A DNA stretch of 64,000 nt from a virus: positions 66,644-130,643 of the IMG/VR virus record IMGVR_UViG_3300050821_001948; one strand, given 5' to 3'. Positions within the stretch are counted from its first letter, which is position 1. Each line of letters begins with the position of its first letter. Both the position numbers and the translations under genes were made by a program. Below the pieces are notes generated by a model. It had not been told where the DNA came from and searched no databases. It worked only from the letters and a program-made list of their open reading frames with translations. Below, in pieces: positions 14,761 to 23,758 of the stretch.

Positions 14761-14803
14761 TCTAACCGGGTATAGTTGGTTCGATTCCAACCTGGACGAC
14801 CAT

Positions 14804-14875
14804 CGGCTCGTAGCTCAGAGGAAGAGCACGCGGTTCCTATCCGTGGTGTCGGGGGTTCGACTCCCTCCGGGCCGA
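14804..14875 (+). tRNA. tRNA-Arg(CCT)
   Basis: CGCGG-TTCCTAT-CCGTG. Confidence 0.9.
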
Positions 14876-14881
14876 CAATGG

Positions 14882-15205
14882 TCACACTGTCCTGGGTGCC
14901 CGTTCCCGTTCTTGACGACTCATCTCTAGGATGAAGTCAGTAATCTCGTCTTCGGTGATAGCTGGGCCTTGGGGATTGGATTCTACCAGCTCTAGTGGTA
15001 CATGGCTCAGTACGTGCTCAACCATAGGGAACAGAAGCGCCACTATTGCAGAGTTAGCATCCCTCTGGTAAGCTTGGGAACACTTAGAGCAAACGAATTC
15101 GTAATATGGTTTACCGTAGGGGTCGTCAAATAGATAGAGGGTCACACGCTCAGGCGTTAATTCAACCCTTCCATCTATCGGGCAAACTACAGCAATACCA
15201 TTCAT
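14882..15205 (-). CDS. hypothetical zinc-binding protein
   Basis: CPxDG...CSKC, C-terminal GPAITEDE; ATG 15205 avoids overlap with tmRNA. Confidence 0.65.
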   Translation of the reverse strand: MNGIAVVCPIDGRVELTPERVTLYLFDDPYGKPYYEFVCSKCSQAYQRDANSAIVALLFPMVEHVLSHVPLELVESNPQGPAITEDEITDFILEMSRQERERAPRTV

Positions 15206-15268
15206 AGTGTTATTATCGCACGTGACGCAAACCGATATGAATTCTACAACTGAATAGGGTTTACACAT

Positions 15269-15627
15269 GGGGGTGCCGGGTTTCGACGGCATCTGCTGAT
15301 GTGAGAGAAGCGAGCAAGACCAAGGTAACACGGAAGTCTTTCAAAACTCTTGTTGCATAAAATAAATGAGGCATTCGTGCCCGCTCGTTCTTACGCTCTC
15401 GTAGCCTAGGAACCGTCAGCCCGAGGATTCCTCGACTCGGTAACTGGCGTCAGCTAGAGGAACGCTCTCCGATTAGGTGTTCGAGTAGTCGGAGCTAAGA
15501 TACACGAACTAAGCTCACCGGATGAGTCCCGCAATGCCGGAAGCTGACATTTAAGACCGGGACTACGCTCGTAGAAGAAGCACAAACGTAATGTCGGACG
15601 GGAGTTCAACTCTCCCCACCTCCACCA
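15269..15627 (+). ncRNA. ssrA: tmRNA; tag (A)EAFVPARSYALVA at 15368-15409
   Basis: GGGGGTG..TTTCGAC 5' end, GACGGGAGTTCAACTCTCCCCACCTCCACCA 3' end, G3-U70, AATAAAT resume signal. Confidence 0.93.
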
Positions 15628-15683
15628 ACGCTCGATGGAACCCTATACGGGAGCTAACTATTGCGTTTTCATCGAGCGTGTTT

Positions 15684-15755
15684 GGCCGATTGGGGTACTG
15701 GCTAGCCCTCCTGACCTTCACTCAGGGAGAAACGGATCGAAACCGTTATCGGCTA
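15684..15755 (+). tRNA. tRNA-Glu(TTC), C33 and atypical T loop
   Basis: CCTGA-CCTTCAC-TCAGG; AACGG-ATCGAAA-CCGTT. Confidence 0.75.
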
Positions 15756-15768
15756 CAAAGTGAGTCTT

Positions 15769-15840
15769 GTTTTCGTAGCTCAATGGAAGAGCGTAGCCCT
15801 CCGAAGGCTAAGGTTGCTGGTTCAAGTCCAGCCGGGAACA
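15769..15840 (+). tRNA. tRNA-Arg(CCG)
   Basis: TAGCC-CTCCGAA-GGCTA. Confidence 0.92.
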
Positions 15841-15884
15841 CTTTTATCGGTTGAATGCCGATATACTCTTCAGGAGGTAATACA

Positions 15885-16061
15885 ATGGCTGAAGATAGAG
15901 TACTCGGAACCGGCGCACAGCATTTGTCCGCCGTTCAGGTTGGTAGATCACTCTTTGCTCACGAGTCCGCATTTGAAGTAGTGGCAGAACCAGCAACGGA
16001 CGTTATTGAGGTAGTAGTTCCAGATCCCGTAATTTCGGAAGCTACTTCCACCGAAGAGTAA
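15885..16061 (+). CDS. small acidic hypothetical protein
   Basis: AGGAGG RBS; GCCGATA upstream at 15857. Confidence 0.6.
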   Translation: MAEDRVLGTGAQHLSAVQVGRSLFAHESAFEVVAEPATDVIEVVVPDPVISEATSTEE

Positions 16062-16101
16062 TAGGCTTTCATCTTATTCAAGAATAGCCGATAAAGTCTT
16101 C

Positions 16102-16293
16102 GTGACACTTATTACCGAGAAGGCTACCCATAACCTCGATTTGCCACATGCATTTTTTGGCGTCGGGGATATTGAGCTGTCTTCAATTCGCAAGTGCGTT
16201 TGTGGTCGGAACGGTAACGATCCTCTACATAGTTTCTCACAGACTGAATGGGCATCGTCTAACGAGCCCCTAATGACCGAAAAGGGGTCGTAA
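16102..16293 (+). CDS. small hypothetical protein
   Basis: GTG 8 nt after GCCGATA (16087-16093). Confidence 0.55.
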   Translation: MTLITEKATHNLDLPHAFFGVGDIELSSIRKCVCGRNGNDPLHSFSQTEWASSNEPLMTEKGS

Positions 16294-16296
16294 GAC

Positions 16297-17217
16297 ATGG
16301 CTGCACCGACAATTAGCTCAGTAACCCCCGCAGCGGGGCCAATTACAGGAACAACGAGCGTTGCTATCGTTGGAACCAACCTAGATACTGTGACCGCCGT
16401 AAACTTCGGTCTTGTTGCAGCCACTAGCTTTATTCTAACTGACCCGACCCATATGTCGGCTATTGCGCCTGCTCACGCGGCTGGTGTTGTTGATATAACC
16501 GTAATTAACCCGACTGCTACTTCTGCGACTTCAAGCGCCGACCACTTCACGTTCGAGCCGATCCCGGTTGTTTCAAGCGTAGCTCCGGGTGGTGGACCGA
16601 CCGCTGGCGCGACTTCTGTAGTCATCCACGGTTCTGGCTTCACGGGTGTTACTGGTGCCGCTGGTGTGAAGTTTGGTGCTACAAACGCGACCTCTTACGT
16701 AGTAAATAGCGACACTCAGATCACCGCAGTAGCACCGGCACACTCTGCTGCAACTGTCGATATCACGGTTACGAGTCCAGGTGGTGTTTCTACTACCTCT
16801 GCGGCTGATGACTTCGTTTATGCGGGTCTACCGACTGTAACTTCAGTAACCCCTCTTCCTGGTGATGAAGATGTCGAAATTGTTGGTACTAACTTTCTAG
16901 GGGTTACGGATGTTGAGTTTGGCGGACATGACGCCACTTCCTTTACTGTTACTGACTCAACTCACATCGTTGCTACGTACGCCCCATTGAGCGCACCAGC
17001 TACCGTTGATGTGACCGTAACGGCATTCGGTGGAGTTTCCGCTACAAGCGGTGCTGACCTGGTATTTGATGGCACCTACGTGCAGCCAGATGGTACTGAG
17101 GATGCAACTTACTTCATGGATGTGGAGATCTCACCAGCTACACTAGCTGATGGTTCCCTGTTCGCGCGTCTGAACCCTGATGTCTACCCTCAGGTTGGGG
17201 TAATCGCGAGTTCCTAG
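16297..17217 (+). CDS. IPT/TIG Ig-like repeat protein (probable virion surface protein)
   Basis: three PxxxSVxP..G..V.I.G.NF...V.FG...AT.F...SDT.I.A.AP repeats. Confidence 0.85.
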   Translation: MAAPTISSVTPAAGPITGTTSVAIVGTNLDTVTAVNFGLVAATSFILTDPTHMSAIAPAHAAGVVDITVINPTATSATSSADHFTFEPIPVVSSVAPGGGPTAGATSVVIHGSGFTGVTGAAGVKFGATNATSYVVNSDTQITAVAPAHSAATVDITVTSPGGVSTTSAADDFVYAGLPTVTSVTPLPGDEDVEIVGTNFLGVTDVEFGGHDATSFTVTDSTHIVATYAPLSAPATVDVTVTAFGGVSATSGADLVFDGTYVQPDGTEDATYFMDVEISPATLADGSLFARLNPDVYPQVGVIASS

Positions 17218-17509
17218 TCTCTAGGTTCGCATAAGCTCTCTTACGTTGCAAATGTAGGGATTCTCTTTCTACACCGAGGTCTCGACACTTACTTCCCGTT
17301 GGTTGGGAACACTTCGGACACCTGACTGTATCGATGACTCTTTGACGGTCGAGGTTAACTGATTCTAGGGATTTCCCACTTCCGGGTAAGCACCTGGCGT
17401 GCACCCACTTATTATTCCGGTAGTTTCTGACTATCTCGTTACCTGGAAAAATCGTCTTTTTACATGCGCTACACGTCGTGAAACTTTTAGCTGCAACGTC
17501 CGTTTTCAT
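17138..17509 (-). CDS. zinc-finger hypothetical protein
   Basis: CSAC...HARC; CPKC...C...H. Confidence 0.55.
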   Translation of the reverse strand: MKTDVAAKSFTTCSACKKTIFPGNEIVRNYRNNKWVHARCLPGSGKSLESVNLDRQRVIDTVRCPKCSQPTGSKCRDLGVERESLHLQRKRAYANLETRNSRLPQPEGRHQGSDARTGNHQLV

Positions 17510-17684
17510 TCGTTACCCCTGGCTCGTAACCGCTCGTCCTTCGGTGATTGATCGGACTCGGTTTTTAGATCGTATCGGGTCTGTCAAATCGGTAGATCAC
17601 TCTCACTAGAAACGCCCGTTACTACTTAGCCAGCACCTCAGCAAAGATTCTCCTAGTTGACATCTGCTACCGATACTGTATGGT

Positions 17685-17909
17685 ATGAAGCCTACGACGC
17701 TTACAGCAGAGCTACCTACTCTGTCCTGGCAGGATGAGCCCGCCATGGAGACGATTGATAGGATGCTGAAGTTCCTCTCGACTATAGACAGGAACATGAA
17801 GGTCGGAGATGTTTTAGACGAGTGGCTTGACGTCCGGGTGGACCTAGGGAGACTTCTAAGCAATGGCCCAGCGCGACTACCTCATGAAGCAGGTTCAGCA
17901 GGAAATTGA
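17685..17909 (+). CDS. hypothetical protein
   Basis: ORF track. Confidence 0.5.
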   Translation: MKPTTLTAELPTLSWQDEPAMETIDRMLKFLSTIDRNMKVGDVLDEWLDVRVDLGRLLSNGPARLPHEAGSAGN

Positions 17910-18426
17910 CAAAGGTCAACTTAAGCCCGTATGGCAAGAGGTCGACACCCGAGTATTTACTATCGAGCACTTAAGTGAAGATCCGGATTTAGTCTATACA
18001 TATCATGAGCCTTCCGCATTTACATGGGGTCGCGAGTTCACTAAGATCTATATAGCGCCCCCCTTGTGGGAATCACTCAGGGAAATGCCCCAGGTACAAC
18101 TAGTTACAACATTTCTAGAATTCTTGGGTCCTAAAACCGGACTATGGGACAGTGGGCTATACACTGCTAACGTGGTAAAGAAGAACCCAGCTATTATTTA
18201 CTCAGACCGGATAACCTCCCTTCTAAATGATATGTCCGCAGTCTTGAATGTCATTAGTACAACTAATATCCATGGCGTATCCGAAACAGATAAGGTGGGG
18301 TTAATCCTTCGCCTCCATGAAATTGAAGAAAAGTATTACGATCTTAATTCTGAATTCAATCAGTGTCGTGTCGGTTTGGATCTGATAAAAGTAAGCCTAT
18401 CTGAGGAGATAAAGAGTGCCTCCTAA
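17863..18426 (+). CDS. hypothetical protein
   Basis: ORF track; GGAG RBS. Confidence 0.65.
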   Translation: MAQRDYLMKQVQQEIDKGQLKPVWQEVDTRVFTIEHLSEDPDLVYTYHEPSAFTWGREFTKIYIAPPLWESLREMPQVQLVTTFLEFLGPKTGLWDSGLYTANVVKKNPAIIYSDRITSLLNDMSAVLNVISTTNIHGVSETDKVGLILRLHEIEEKYYDLNSEFNQCRVGLDLIKVSLSEEIKSAS

Positions 18427-18712
18427 GACCCAGAAGAAATGGGTCCATAAAAAGCACGAACACTGTTTCGTCTGGACAGATGTAGATGGGCAGTTGATAA
18501 TTAGATGTGCTCACTGTGAATTTGTGAAGGTCTCCATTGATGTCAGCTTGACAACTTCGGAAGAGTTGCTAGAGTATCTAGTGAGGTGCTCTAGGTTTCA
18601 GCACAAGCAGAACAAACATGTTCCCGTCAAAGATCCTGCCGCCGTTGCGATCCGTAAACACTTCAGCCCCGAGCGCATCGCGCGTATGAGTTATAACCCA
18701 ATGGCGAGGTAG
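18416..18712 (+). CDS. hypothetical protein
   Basis: ORF track; GAGGAG RBS. Confidence 0.6.
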   Translation: MPPKTQKKWVHKKHEHCFVWTDVDGQLIIRCAHCEFVKVSIDVSLTTSEELLEYLVRCSRFQHKQNKHVPVKDPAAVAIRKHFSPERIARMSYNPMAR

Positions 18713-18716
18713 AGCT

Positions 18717-19943
18717 GTGCAGTTAGACGATCTGATTGATCCAGAAGCCCTACGTAAGAAAATAGATCTTGGCCACGTAGCTGAGCGCCACCACTGTACC
18801 CTCCCCCTAGCTATCCTAAATTACACGGCCCGATGCCAGTACGCTAACGACTGGGATGAGGTCACCTCAAAGACTCGTGGTTTAATTTACAACACTGAGA
18901 CAGGTAAGATTGTCGCTAGGCCCTTCGAGAAGTTCTTCAATCTGGGTCAGCACACTGATGATGAGATCCCTACTGGACCCATACGTGTCTTAGAGAAGAT
19001 GGACGGTTCTCTTGGGATTCTTTATGACACACCGGATGGGTTAGCTATCGCAACTCGCGGATCATTTCATAGCGAACAGGCTGAGCACGCAACTGAGGTT
19101 CTCCGATTCAACATAGAGCACTATTATGGTCCAGGCTCTAAGCTTCCGTTTAGTCCAGACCTTGAGAATCATACATATCTTTTCGAGATCATCTATCCAG
19201 CGAATCGCATCGTTGTGGATTATGGATCAAAAGATCTGTTAGTGCTTTTGGATGTTTTGGATATTGAGACAGGAATGGCAGTTCCTGAGTTCGATCTGTA
19301 TGATCAGCGTTATTATTTTGGACCTCATGTTTATCGTCATGAGGGGATTAAAAGCCTTTCTGAATTGATCGACAGAGATGTGCCAAATGCCGAAGGCTAT
19401 GTCGTTGTTTTTGACAATAACTTCCGTGTTAAGGTCAAGCACGCTGAGTATGTTCGGCTACATAGAATTCTAACGAACGTTACTGCTCGTAGTATTTATG
19501 AGTGTATAGCTGTAGAGGATCTAAAGAAGAGGGGCTTCGGAGCCAAGGAGATAGCACGATCTATTAGTATTAGCGACGAAGAGGTTGAAGATTATCCCTC
19601 ACTAGCGCAGCTTCTAGACGGAGTTCCGGATGAGTTCTACTCTTGGGTCCACAAGGTGGTTCATCGACTAGAAACGGCATTCTCCGAGATTGAATCTGAG
19701 GCCAAGATTGAGTTCTTGAATAATTTAGCCTTCATCGATGTCCCCCTTCCCGGCTTTGAAGAATTCGATCAGCAGCCAGTGAAGGATGGTCGAGCTGAGT
19801 TCGCTAAGGTTGCGCAGAAGAGTAAGTATGCTAGTATGATGTTCCTGATGTATGATGGTAAGCCTTACCACCAAGCTATCTGGAAGATATTGCGCCCCGA
19901 GCACGAGAAGCCATTTGGAGAAAGGACAGAGGATGTATCGTGA
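18717..19943 (+). CDS. RNA ligase, T4 Rnl1-like
   Basis: RGLI, PFEKFFN, EKMDGSLG (motif I), ATRGSF, FEII, EGYVV, RVKVK. Confidence 0.9.
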   Translation: MQLDDLIDPEALRKKIDLGHVAERHHCTLPLAILNYTARCQYANDWDEVTSKTRGLIYNTETGKIVARPFEKFFNLGQHTDDEIPTGPIRVLEKMDGSLGILYDTPDGLAIATRGSFHSEQAEHATEVLRFNIEHYYGPGSKLPFSPDLENHTYLFEIIYPANRIVVDYGSKDLLVLLDVLDIETGMAVPEFDLYDQRYYFGPHVYRHEGIKSLSELIDRDVPNAEGYVVVFDNNFRVKVKHAEYVRLHRILTNVTARSIYECIAVEDLKKRGFGAKEIARSISISDEEVEDYPSLAQLLDGVPDEFYSWVHKVVHRLETAFSEIESEAKIEFLNNLAFIDVPLPGFEEFDQQPVKDGRAEFAKVAQKSKYASMMFLMYDGKPYHQAIWKILRPEHEKPFGERTEDVS

Positions 19944-20824
19944 GTGATCGTAGAGATTTCTACATGACCAAGGGCCTCCCTGGCTCCGGGAAGAGCACCT
20001 GGGCAGCCGAGTACGTCCTGAATAGGGCTCCTGGTAAGGCTGTTAGGGTCAACCAAGATTTACTTCGGATTATGTTGCACCTTGACCGCTTCGGTGGAGG
20101 TAAGACCGAGCCTCTCGTTCAGGGCGGTCGTAGCCTGTTAATCGAACTCGCTATGCAAAACAACGTTGAGGTTGTTATTAGTGACGATACCAACTTTCAT
20201 CCCGATTGCGAAAAGGAATTTCGTAGGTTATGTGAGAAGCATGGTTATCAGTTCACGATTAAGGACTTCACTGATGTTCCTGTTGAGGAATGCATCAAGC
20301 GTGACTTGAAGCGCACAGCCTCTGTTGGTGAACAGGTCATCCGCAAGATGTGGCGTCGTTACTTAGTTCCTCCGAAGGCTCCCACTAACCCGGAGGACTT
20401 CGATCCCAACCTACCGACAGCCGTTATGGTAGATATTGACGGAACTGTGGCTATTATGAATGGTCGAGGTCCCTATGACCCAACTCTCTACCACACCGAT
20501 ATTCCACACAAACCCGTAGTTCAGCTAGTTAAGGACTTACACGCTGCTGGTGAGGAGATAGTTTTCTGCTCGGGTCGAGATGATACTTACTGGCAGGAAA
20601 CTCATAATTGGCTCACTACCCACCTTGGGTTCCTTCCTAATCACCTCTTCATGCGTCCGGCCGCTGATAAGCGTAAGGATGCCATCGTAAAGAAGGAACT
20701 CTACGAGGCAAAGATAAAAGGTAAGTTCAATATTCGTTTCGTTCTAGATGACCGTAATCAGGTTGTTGAGATGTGGCGCGATGAGGGGCTTACTTGCCTC
20801 CAGGTTGCTGATGGGAATTTCTAA
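19940..20824 (+). CDS. pseT: polynucleotide 5'-kinase/3'-phosphatase (T4 PseT-like)
   Basis: GLPGSGKS P-loop, DDTN; DIDGT HAD motif, SGR, DDRNQVV. Confidence 0.92.
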   Translation: MSDRRDFYMTKGLPGSGKSTWAAEYVLNRAPGKAVRVNQDLLRIMLHLDRFGGGKTEPLVQGGRSLLIELAMQNNVEVVISDDTNFHPDCEKEFRRLCEKHGYQFTIKDFTDVPVEECIKRDLKRTASVGEQVIRKMWRRYLVPPKAPTNPEDFDPNLPTAVMVDIDGTVAIMNGRGPYDPTLYHTDIPHKPVVQLVKDLHAAGEEIVFCSGRDDTYWQETHNWLTTHLGFLPNHLFMRPAADKRKDAIVKKELYEAKIKGKFNIRFVLDDRNQVVEMWRDEGLTCLQVADGNF

Positions 20825-21018
20825 TGACGCGAATTCCAGTAATCTATGATGAGGGTTCTTTTGCGACTCTGGTCAGGGCTGTTTGGACGCGCGAGGCGGT
20901 TATATATGGAGGAGAATGCTCACATGGAGCAGACGGTCCAGACTGCTTTAGCTGTTCAGAGGCGACAGAGCGACTGGTAATCGGTGCAGCGATGCACTTG
21001 AATGTGAAAAGATCGTGA
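20824..21018 (+). CDS. hypothetical protein
   Basis: coupled ORF. Confidence 0.55.
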   Translation: MTRIPVIYDEGSFATLVRAVWTREAVIYGGECSHGADGPDCFSCSEATERLVIGAAMHLNVKRS

Positions 21019-21383
21019 GCCTAGAAGACATTCCTATTTGTGGCGCAAGTAAGGGCTCCCTGGTTTGCCTAAAGGAGCAGCATCGCGGTAGACATCTATT
21101 CAGACCAACTCCTCATGTGCCACCTCCTCGCTCTTGGTCTGGAATCGATTTTATTGAGATTGAAACAGGTCTCATTCGTAACCCAACTGCTAGAATTACT
21201 GTTGGGGATGTCGTTGGTGTCATCGGGAAACAGGGCGACTGGCGTGTCATTAGAATAGAGCAGCATACGGAGTCTATGGTTATAAACGTGGAGGTAAAGG
21301 CTCCGAATACTGGCCACTCTCATGTGTATAGGGTTGAGGATATCCGTTACCGTAGACCAATAAAGGTGAAGCAATATGCCTGA
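21015..21383 (+). CDS. hypothetical protein (SH3-like C-terminus possible)
   Basis: coupled ORF. Confidence 0.6.
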   Translation: MSLEDIPICGASKGSLVCLKEQHRGRHLFRPTPHVPPPRSWSGIDFIEIETGLIRNPTARITVGDVVGVIGKQGDWRVIRIEQHTESMVINVEVKAPNTGHSHVYRVEDIRYRRPIKVKQYA

Positions 21384-22059
21384 CAGGGACTATATATTCA
21401 AAGGAATCACTGGGTCTGTAGCTTACGGTTTAGATACCGAGGATAGCGATGTTGACCGGAAGGGTATATTCGTTTTCCGAACTGAAGAAATATTTGGGTT
21501 GAAGACACCCGATGAGACGGTGACTAGCAGCTCTCCTGACTTTCAGGGCCACGAAATAGGTAAGTTCTTCAGACTGGCGCTTGGATGTAACCCTAACCTT
21601 ATTGAGTTGATGTTCCTTCCTCAGAATTGTGTTGAGCTGGAGGATTCAGTTTTTACTTTCATCAGGGCAAATAGAACAAAGTTCTTATCAGAGGGAGCGG
21701 TCAGAGCTGCCTACGGCGGATATGCACGTCAGCAACTATCTCGTATCGAGAGACGGATGTCTGTTGATGGTGAAACAGCTAGTGAGACAGATAAGCGGGT
21801 CAAGAAGCATGCCAGGCATTGTTTTCGACTATTTGATCAGGGGGCTCAGTTACTTCGCGACGGGGTTATGGATGTCCGTGTAACGAAGGAAAAGCGCGAG
21901 GAGCTTTTCGCCCTTGGTGACGTTCCTTTTCCTCGTCTATCTGAAATGTTCTTGGAAAAGGATGCAGAGTTTAAGGCGATCCCGTCTAACCTACCCGATT
22001 CTCCTGATTCAGAATGGGTTAACGAACTCCTAGTCGAGATTAGGAAGATGCGTGTCTGA
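21376..22059 (+). CDS. nucleotidyltransferase, Pol-beta superfamily (YcgL/RlaP type)
   Basis: GSVAYGLDTEDSDVDRKG, HEIGKF, NPNLIELMF, KHARHCFRL. Confidence 0.88.
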   Translation: MPDRDYIFKGITGSVAYGLDTEDSDVDRKGIFVFRTEEIFGLKTPDETVTSSSPDFQGHEIGKFFRLALGCNPNLIELMFLPQNCVELEDSVFTFIRANRTKFLSEGAVRAAYGGYARQQLSRIERRMSVDGETASETDKRVKKHARHCFRLFDQGAQLLRDGVMDVRVTKEKREELFALGDVPFPRLSEMFLEKDAEFKAIPSNLPDSPDSEWVNELLVEIRKMRV

Positions 22060-22498
22060 GCGCCCAGGTTGGGACGACTATTTCCTGGGCATAGCACACA
22101 GCGTCTCAGCTCGCGCCGATTGTACTAGACGCCGCGTAGGCGCCGTCTTAGTGAAGGACAATAGGATTGTAGCAACTGGGTACAATGGTGCTCCCGCTGG
22201 CGATTCTGGCTGCTTAGAAGGTGCATGCCCGCGTGGTCAGCTTTCATATGAAGAGCTACAAGAGCATTCCGACTATGAGCGCGGTCCTGGTAGGTGTATT
22301 TCAATCCATGCGGAAGTAAATACCCTTCTTTACTCATCACTTGATGATAGACGAGGTGCGGTCCTGTATATAACTGACGCACCGTGTCCAGCGTGCATGA
22401 AGGTAATTCGCGGGAGTGGTGTCGCTCGTGCCCACTGGACCGATGGCGGTAACTCGGCCGGTTGGGATCGTTCCACTGGAGAATTTTACTCCCAGTAA
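22052..22498 (+). CDS. dCMP deaminase
   Basis: CTRRRVGAV, TGYNG, HAEVN, PCPAC. Confidence 0.92.
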   Translation: MSERPGWDDYFLGIAHSVSARADCTRRRVGAVLVKDNRIVATGYNGAPAGDSGCLEGACPRGQLSYEELQEHSDYERGPGRCISIHAEVNTLLYSSLDDRRGAVLYITDAPCPACMKVIRGSGVARAHWTDGGNSAGWDRSTGEFYSQ

Positions 22499-22714
22499 CG
22501 ACAAAACCCGCCATATAGGCGGGTCTGCCGAGATTTTGGATCACCTCCCTAGTTGGGGGAAATACCTGGTGCCTTTCGATGTATGGACTCAAGGGTCCTA
22601 TAGGCTGAGGGTATATTCACAAGCAACCTCCTTTAACTAGGGCGATACTGTCAACTACTGTATCGGGAATATGGCCAACCTATTCTAGCACAGGCTAAAT
22701 GCCGATTTATTAGC

Positions 22715-23068
22715 ATGGACCTGTTTACCTTCACTCATTTCGAAGACCCGGTTGTGAAGGGTCGACCAAGATTTTCTAAATGGGGTGCTTATACCCCCAA
22801 GAAGACTCTTGATGCAGAGAAACGCCTAAGAGAGACGGCGATAGAAGCAGGTATACCAAAGTTTGAGGTCCCGGTCGAGATGTCCCTTATCTTCTACACG
22901 AAGACTAAGCGCCGATCGGATGCGAGTAACCTAGCTAAACTGGTTGAGGATGCTCTTAATAACGTGGCCTATTCAGATGATTACCTTATTGAATCTCTTC
23001 ATGTTCGCGTCTTCCGCGCACTATCGGGTGAAGTTCCCCGCAGTGAGGTAATGATAAAAGAATTGTGA
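22715..23068 (+). CDS. rusA: RusA Holliday junction resolvase
   Basis: KGRPR, DASNLAKLVEDAL..VAYSDD. Confidence 0.88.
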   Translation: MDLFTFTHFEDPVVKGRPRFSKWGAYTPKKTLDAEKRLRETAIEAGIPKFEVPVEMSLIFYTKTKRRSDASNLAKLVEDALNNVAYSDDYLIESLHVRVFRALSGEVPRSEVMIKEL

Positions 23069-23116
23069 TGGCAGTTTTAGCATCTTAATTTGACAGGCGT
23101 TATAGTATAGTACCAA

Positions 23117-23758
23117 ATGACTACGCCATCTATACCACATCCAATCCTTAAGCACCAGTCTGTTAAATTGGTGTCCGGAAAAGACACTGTTGTTCAAACT
23201 GACCTAGAAGCCGAATGGTTCAATGAAACACGCGATCTCTACTTAAAAGATCTAAAGTTTACTGAGCAAACGGACTTAGCTGACCTGGATAGAGTTCTAA
23301 TTCAGGAGTTAATGGTATTCAGATGGACGCAGCAACTATCTAAGGGCGAGGACTACGAGGGAGACCCTATAGATGCTAAGCAAATGGCTATGGATCTGAG
23401 AGGGTACTCGGATCAGATCTCTAAGCTAAAAGAAAACATGGCTATCTCAAAGAAGCAGCGAGATTCTGCTGCAAACGATGGTAACTTCTCCGCATGGTTT
23501 CAGCAGACCAAGCAAAGGGCTATGAAGTTCGGAATCCACAGGCAGCAACAGTTGAATCAGATGATTTCCTTAGGGAAAGAACTTTTCTATATCGTTGATA
23601 CCTTCAAGAGATCGGATGAAGAAGAGCGCGTTAAGATGGGCTTTCCTACTGAGCACTCTATCTTTGAGTGGGTTGATGGAACCATGCGTCCCGAGTTTGA
23701 TGCTCTCGATAAGTATTTCAGAGAACACGAACAAAAGCTCTGGGTTAGGGAGATGTAG
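23117..23758 (+). CDS. hypothetical protein, possible terminase small subunit
   Basis: helical 213 aa ORF upstream of terL. Confidence 0.5.
   Translation: MTTPSIPHPILKHQSVKLVSGKDTVVQTDLEAEWFNETRDLYLKDLKFTEQTDLADLDRVLIQELMVFRWTQQLSKGEDYEGDPIDAKQMAMDLRGYSDQISKLKENMAISKKQRDSAANDGNFSAWFQQTKQRAMKFGIHRQQQLNQMISLGKELFYIVDTFKRSDEEERVKMGFPTEHSIFEWVDGTMRPEFDALDKYFREHEQKLWVREM

Larger units (their letters stand above)
14240..14770 (+). mobile_element. HNH + tRNA-Met insertion cassette (531 bp, CGGG direct repeat at junctions)
   Basis: removal restores a perfect cloverleaf; CGGG at 14236-14239 and 14767-14770. Confidence 0.75.
14197..14802 (+). tRNA. interrupted tRNA-Met(CAT): 5' part 14197-14239, 3' part 14771-14802
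   Basis: CGTTCAG pairs with CTGGACG-A-CCA; CCGCT-CTCATAA-GGCGG upstream, GTTGG-TTCGATT-CCAAC downstream. Confidence 0.8.

Noticed and set aside
14240-14770. Group I or II intron in tRNA-Met
   Set aside because: Insert is almost wholly HNH ORF plus tRNA, leaving no room for a ribozyme core; no P7 or domain V motif seen
14067-15383. Exact 15-mer AGGCATTCGTGCCCG shared by the 14.07 kb spacer and the tmRNA tag region
   Set aside because: Same orientation, single match; a 15-mer repeat is expected by chance in 64 kb
15684-15755. Possible opal/selenocysteine tRNA (TCA visible in loop)
   Set aside because: The 5-bp stem centres the loop on TTC, and there is no long variable arm or extended acceptor; called Glu
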